Below, piece after piece: positions 56,852 through 59,552 of a DNA stretch of 59,552 nt. The stretch comes from Halanaerobiales bacterium (GTDB taxonomy: Bacteria; Bacillota; Halanaerobiia; B1SED10-174), in NCBI GenBank assembly GCA_003551905.1, contig PUNT01000031.1:1-59552 (forward strand), given 5' to 3'. A model generated the notes under the pieces. That model worked only from the letters and a program-made list of their open reading frames with translations. It was not told where the DNA came from and searched no databases. A program made the translations under genes and the position numbers. How positions within the stretch are numbered: position 1 is the first letter of the stretch; each line of letters begins with the position of its first letter.

Positions 56852-57530
56852 CTTTACTCACCTCGAACTTGTAACCAACCCCCCATACAGTTTTGATGTA
56901 ATCACGAGCAGGTTTACCTAACTTGTTCCGCAGAGACTTAATGTGGGTATCAAGTGTTCGACTATCGCCTAGAAAACTATATCCCCAGATCATTTCTAGC
57001 AACATGTCCCGTTGAAAAACCTGCCGGGGGGAAGAGGCTAGAAGCCAGAAGAGTTCAAATTCCTTGGGAGTTAGCCCAACCTCCCTGCTGTTGACCTGCA
57101 CAGATCTTTCTTCTTTATTTAGCTTGAGATCAGGAAATTCTATCATGCTTTCCTCTTTCTCCTGCCGGGTTCTCCTGAGCAGAGCTTTAACCCTGGCAAC
57201 CACTTCTTTGGGACTGAATGGTTTGGTGACATAATCATCAGCACCCAGTTCCAGCCCGGTAATTCTGTCAGTATCCTTATCCTTGGCACTGAGCATAATT
57301 ATAGGGATGTCATCGGCCGGCCGTAAACGCTGGCAGATATCCCAACCATCAACTTCTGGCAGCATAATATCCAGGATAATCACATGGGGTTTTTCCTGTT
57401 TTATTTTTTCCAGTCCTTCATTGCCGGAATGGGCAACAGCTACCTCATAACCTTCATATTCGAAATAATCTTTTAATATGCGGCAGATATTTTCATCATC
57501 ATCAATTATGAGAACTTTTTGTTTTTCCAT
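56844..57530 (-). CDS. OmpR-family response regulator
   Basis: ...VLIIDDDENI..., ...VIILDIMLPEVDG..., ...TLDTHIKSLRNKL...VWGVGYKF. ATG 57530 follows GAGGTGA (ORF track 57539 GTG). Confidence 0.9.
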   Translation of the reverse strand: MEKQKVLIIDDDENICRILKDYFEYEGYEVAVAHSGNEGLEKIKQEKPHVIILDIMLPEVDGWDICQRLRPADDIPIIMLSAKDKDTDRITGLELGADDYVTKPFSPKEVVARVKALLRRTRQEKEESMIEFPDLKLNKEERSVQVNSREVGLTPKEFELFWLLASSPRQVFQRDMLLEMIWGYSFLGDSRTLDTHIKSLRNKLGKPARDYIKTVWGVGYKFEVSKDA

Positions 57531-57761
57531 GTTTTTCACCTCAAAGACTATAATTATTTATGGAACCTAAATAAAGCAGGTTTCTTTACTAGTGTAACAG
57601 TATTAACAAGTAGTGTCCAATTGAGGAAATGTCCTGTAATTTCTTGAATGACAGGAAGGTGGGAAGTAGAGGAAATAACCGGGAATATCCGACTCTAACT
57701 GCTGTAAGCTGGTCCTTATTTAAGTATGTTTCGCCTTGCTACTACTCAAAAAAACAGGGTG

Positions 57762-57790
57762 TTGAAAAAATATTCTCCATAGGTTATTAT
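57762..57790 (+). promoter_or_regulatory. Sigma-A-type promoter of tRNA-Arg(CCT)
   Basis: TTGAAA (57762-57767) - 17 nt - TATTAT (57785-57790), 13 nt before the tRNA 5' end. Confidence 0.55.
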
Positions 57791-57803
57791 ATAGATGGTA
57801 GGT

Positions 57804-57880
57804 GGGGCTATAGCTCAGTAGGATAGAGCGGCAGATTCCTAATCTGTAGGTCGCAGGTTCGATTCCTGCTAGCCCTACCA
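57804..57880 (+). tRNA. tRNA-Arg (anticodon CCT), CCA encoded
   Basis: Acceptor GGGGCTA/TAGCCCT (G1-U72), anticodon arm GCAGA-TT[CCT]AA-TCTGT, T-arm GCAGG-TTCGATT-CCTGC. Confidence 0.9.
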
Positions 57881-57922
57881 CTTAAAAAGCAGGTAATGAT
57901 GAGGGTTTGAAGCAATAAAGAG

Positions 57923-57947
57923 AACCGCCTAAGACAGGCGGTTTTTG
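57923..57947 (+). terminator. Rho-independent terminator after tRNA-Arg
   Basis: AACCGCC (57923-57929) pairs with GGCGGTT (57937-57943), followed by TTTTT. Confidence 0.7.
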
Positions 57948-57978
57948 CGTTTACTGACCTATAACTGACCATTCAAGA

Positions 57979-58167
57979 TCATTTAGTACGCCTTAAAATT
58001 TCACTGGCCCTGGTGGTGATTGCCTTTTTTCTCTTGTTGTAACTTTTGACATAAGTGTCTACAGTAAAGGAAGGGCCATGGTGTCCTAGTATCTCCTGCA
58101 AAGATTTTATATCTCCTTTTTCAGCTGCAAGGGAGGCAAAAGAGTGGTGTAACCCATGAAGTGTAAC
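57979..58167 (-). pseudogene. 3' remnant of a tyrosine recombinase (phage-type integrase) gene
   Basis: Hand translation of the minus strand gives VTLHGLHHSFASLAAEKGDIKSLQEILGHHGPSFTVDTYVKSYNKRKKAITTRASEILRRTK*, i.e. integrase box II (H-x-L-R-H...LGH...Y) with R->H. The frame is closed by a stop at 58168-58170, so about 300 aa of N-terminus are missing. Confidence 0.7.
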
Positions 58168-58212
58168 CTATGTGGTGGACTTCAACAATTATGTTCTAAA
58201 GGAGGAAGCTAT

Positions 58213-58380
58213 ATGATTGTAGTATATAATAAAGAAACAGGGAAAATCATATATACCGTAGAATCAAGCAGAATGGATTTTTTAAATGGAAAACTAATGG
58301 ATGAGCAAGAAATTCTATACAGTACAGATAAAAAAGTTAGATCATCCACACATAAAGTTAATTTGGATAAAAAAAAATAG
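58213..58380 (+). CDS. Small hypothetical protein (island-associated)
   Basis: ATG 58213 lies 6 nt after AAAGGAGGAAG. 55 aa (MIVVYNKETGKIIYTVESS...NLDKKK*). Ends in an A9 run. Confidence 0.4.
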   Translation: MIVVYNKETGKIIYTVESSRMDFLNGKLMDEQEILYSTDKKVRSSTHKVNLDKKK

Positions 58381-58547
58381 AAAGAAAAGATCCGGGGGAG
58401 CGGCGGGAAGAGATAGAAGTAAGGAAACGAGCTGCCAACAGGGCTAAAGAAGCGATTAAGAAGCTGCAAATAGAAGGAAGCAAAAAAGTTGAAAAACTGG
58501 AAGAAAGGATACAAGAGCTTGAATCCAAAATGGAGGGGGGCTAAAAT

Positions 58548-59291
58548 ATCAGAACAAGTATATTATTAATAACGGTTTTGCTGGTTTTAGCCACAACAAC
58601 CACTCCTGCTTATAGTTGTGTGGGGAGCAGGCCGCTAGGCATGGGAGGGGCCTTCATTGCTGTCGCTGATGATGTTAACACACTATATTGGAACCCGGCC
58701 GGTGTCGCTACAGCAAGAGAAGGCATTATTTACTTTATAACCCTGACTAGTCCTGACCAGATGGGGTACAGGCACTTCATAGGTGTTAATAAAAAACTGG
58801 ATGGTCAGGGAATAGGTTTTTCTTATATACAAAGAATAAGGCCCTGGGATAAAGCAGAAGAAAATTGGTATGTTGTCTCCTTTGGTACTGAAATAATTGA
58901 AGGAATTTCTTTTGGGTTGAACTACCGTTATAAGGAAGACAAACAGGGTGGAAGCTATAACCAACAGGACTTAGGATTCCTTTGGAGGATCAATGACAAT
59001 ATTTCAGCAGGAGCATTATATCAATCGCTAAATAATCTTAGGCTTGGGATTTCCTATTCAAATGCTGATGAGGGTATTTTGCTGTCAGCAGATGTATATG
59101 ATGCACTTGACTACAGAAGATATATGATAGGGGCTGAGTACAGCCTGGATGAATGGGCTATCCGTACAGGACTATATAATAAAGACCCGACTATAGGTAT
59201 TGGTTATAATTTTAAACGGTTTTCTTTTGACATAGCAGTTATGTTCAGGAATACAAACATAGTTAAAACCAGTTTCACTTATGAGTTTTAA
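58548..59291 (+). CDS. Putative outer-membrane beta-barrel protein with FadL/PorV-like N-terminal motif
   Basis: ...GMGGAFIAVADDVNTLYWNPAGV... then alternating-pattern strands ending ...VKTSFTYEF (beta-signal). ORF track starts at TTG 58578 with no SD. In-frame ATC 58548 lies 7 nt after GGAGGGGGG and restores a full signal peptide (IRTSILLITVLLVLATTTTPAYS). Confidence 0.7.
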   Translation: MRTSILLITVLLVLATTTTPAYSCVGSRPLGMGGAFIAVADDVNTLYWNPAGVATAREGIIYFITLTSPDQMGYRHFIGVNKKLDGQGIGFSYIQRIRPWDKAEENWYVVSFGTEIIEGISFGLNYRYKEDKQGGSYNQQDLGFLWRINDNISAGALYQSLNNLRLGISYSNADEGILLSADVYDALDYRRYMIGAEYSLDEWAIRTGLYNKDPTIGIGYNFKRFSFDIAVMFRNTNIVKTSFTYEF

Positions 59292-59304
59292 TAAGGGGAA
59301 AAGT

Positions 59305-59329
59305 AGCCGTCCAAAAGGGCGGTTTTTTA
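59305..59329 (+). terminator. Rho-independent terminator
   Basis: CCGTCC (59307-59312) AAAA GGGCGG (59317-59322), followed by TTTTTT. Confidence 0.7.
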
Positions 59330-59354
59330 TTATAAAAAGGAAAGGAGTATATCT

Positions 59355-59489
59355 ATGGACATAGTTTTTCCCATTTTCTCCTCTGCCTTCTTCTGGCTTC
59401 TCCTCATCTATCTCCGCTATAAGCTCATCCAACGCCATTTTCTTGCCTGCAAGATTAGAACCAACGACATAGCAGGAAATAGTACTTAA
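59355..59489 (+). CDS. 44-aa hydrophobic peptide with basic tail (below the ORF-track cutoff)
   Basis: AAAGGAG - 7 nt - ATG 59355. MDIVFPIFSSAFFWLLLIYLRYKLIQRHFLACKIRTNDIAGNST*. Confidence 0.35.
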   Translation: MDIVFPIFSSAFFWLLLIYLRYKLIQRHFLACKIRTNDIAGNST

Positions 59490-59552
59490 CAAAACTGTTG
59501 GATGCTGTCGGTTTGTTTACAACTACTTTCTAAAATTGAATATTGACCAATA

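Noticed and set aside
57629-57826. 65-aa ORF upstream of and overlapping tRNA-Arg(CCT)
   Set aside because: It runs through the tRNA promoter and into the tRNA itself.
59172-59492. 106-aa minus-strand ORF at the window end
   Set aside because: It overlaps the 3' end of the OM barrel gene by ~120 nt and reads through a strong terminator hairpin. The plus-strand 44-codon ORF with an SD is the more plausible coding feature, and even that has low confidence.

Overview
59.5-kb chromosomal window, roughly 40-45% GC by eye, from a Firmicutes/Clostridia-like anaerobe. The backbone is housekeeping: murI-rph-rdgB, a Pro-Gly-Arg-His tRNA cluster, tig-clpP-clpX-lonB-lon-engB, trpS, phoP-phoR-pstB-phoU, a CPC-type P1B ATPase with an SmtB/CzrA-like repressor, a cell-wall amidase operon, an MCP and an alpha/beta-type SASP. 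SASP and lonB are endospore markers, yet three proteins end in canonical outer-membrane beta-signals. The host is therefore probably a diderm spore-former (Halanaerobiales/Negativicutes-like; inference only). The observations worth a second look are: (1) two tandem secreted alkaline-phosphatase-superfamily phosphodiesterases, each fused to a C-terminal small beta-barrel-like module, lying convergent with a catalytically degenerate transglutaminase-like membrane protein, a hyper-acidic mini-lipoprotein and a two-component system; (2) a divergent glycan locus of a GT4, a GT4 fused to an alpha-helical toroid-like domain, and a 1200-aa protein whose only recognisable part is a C-terminal GH130 domain; (3) a GEMM-I c-di-GMP riboswitch with terminator in front of a PAS-PAS-GAF-GGDEF-HD-GYP gene; (4) two translationally coupled non-pyrrolysine MttB-family methyltransferases with no corrinoid partner nearby; (5) a tandemly duplicated small lipoprotein gene, promoter region included, next to the tRNA cluster; (6) a decayed integrase stub at tRNA-Arg(CCT), followed by small ORFs with an A9 slippery tract; (7) an atypical SASP with duplicated motifs and three cases where a strong SD precedes an AUU/AUC codon; (8) a roughly 180-nt rod-like RNA candidate. 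No CRISPR array, rRNA, intact transposase or recognisable defence system was seen.
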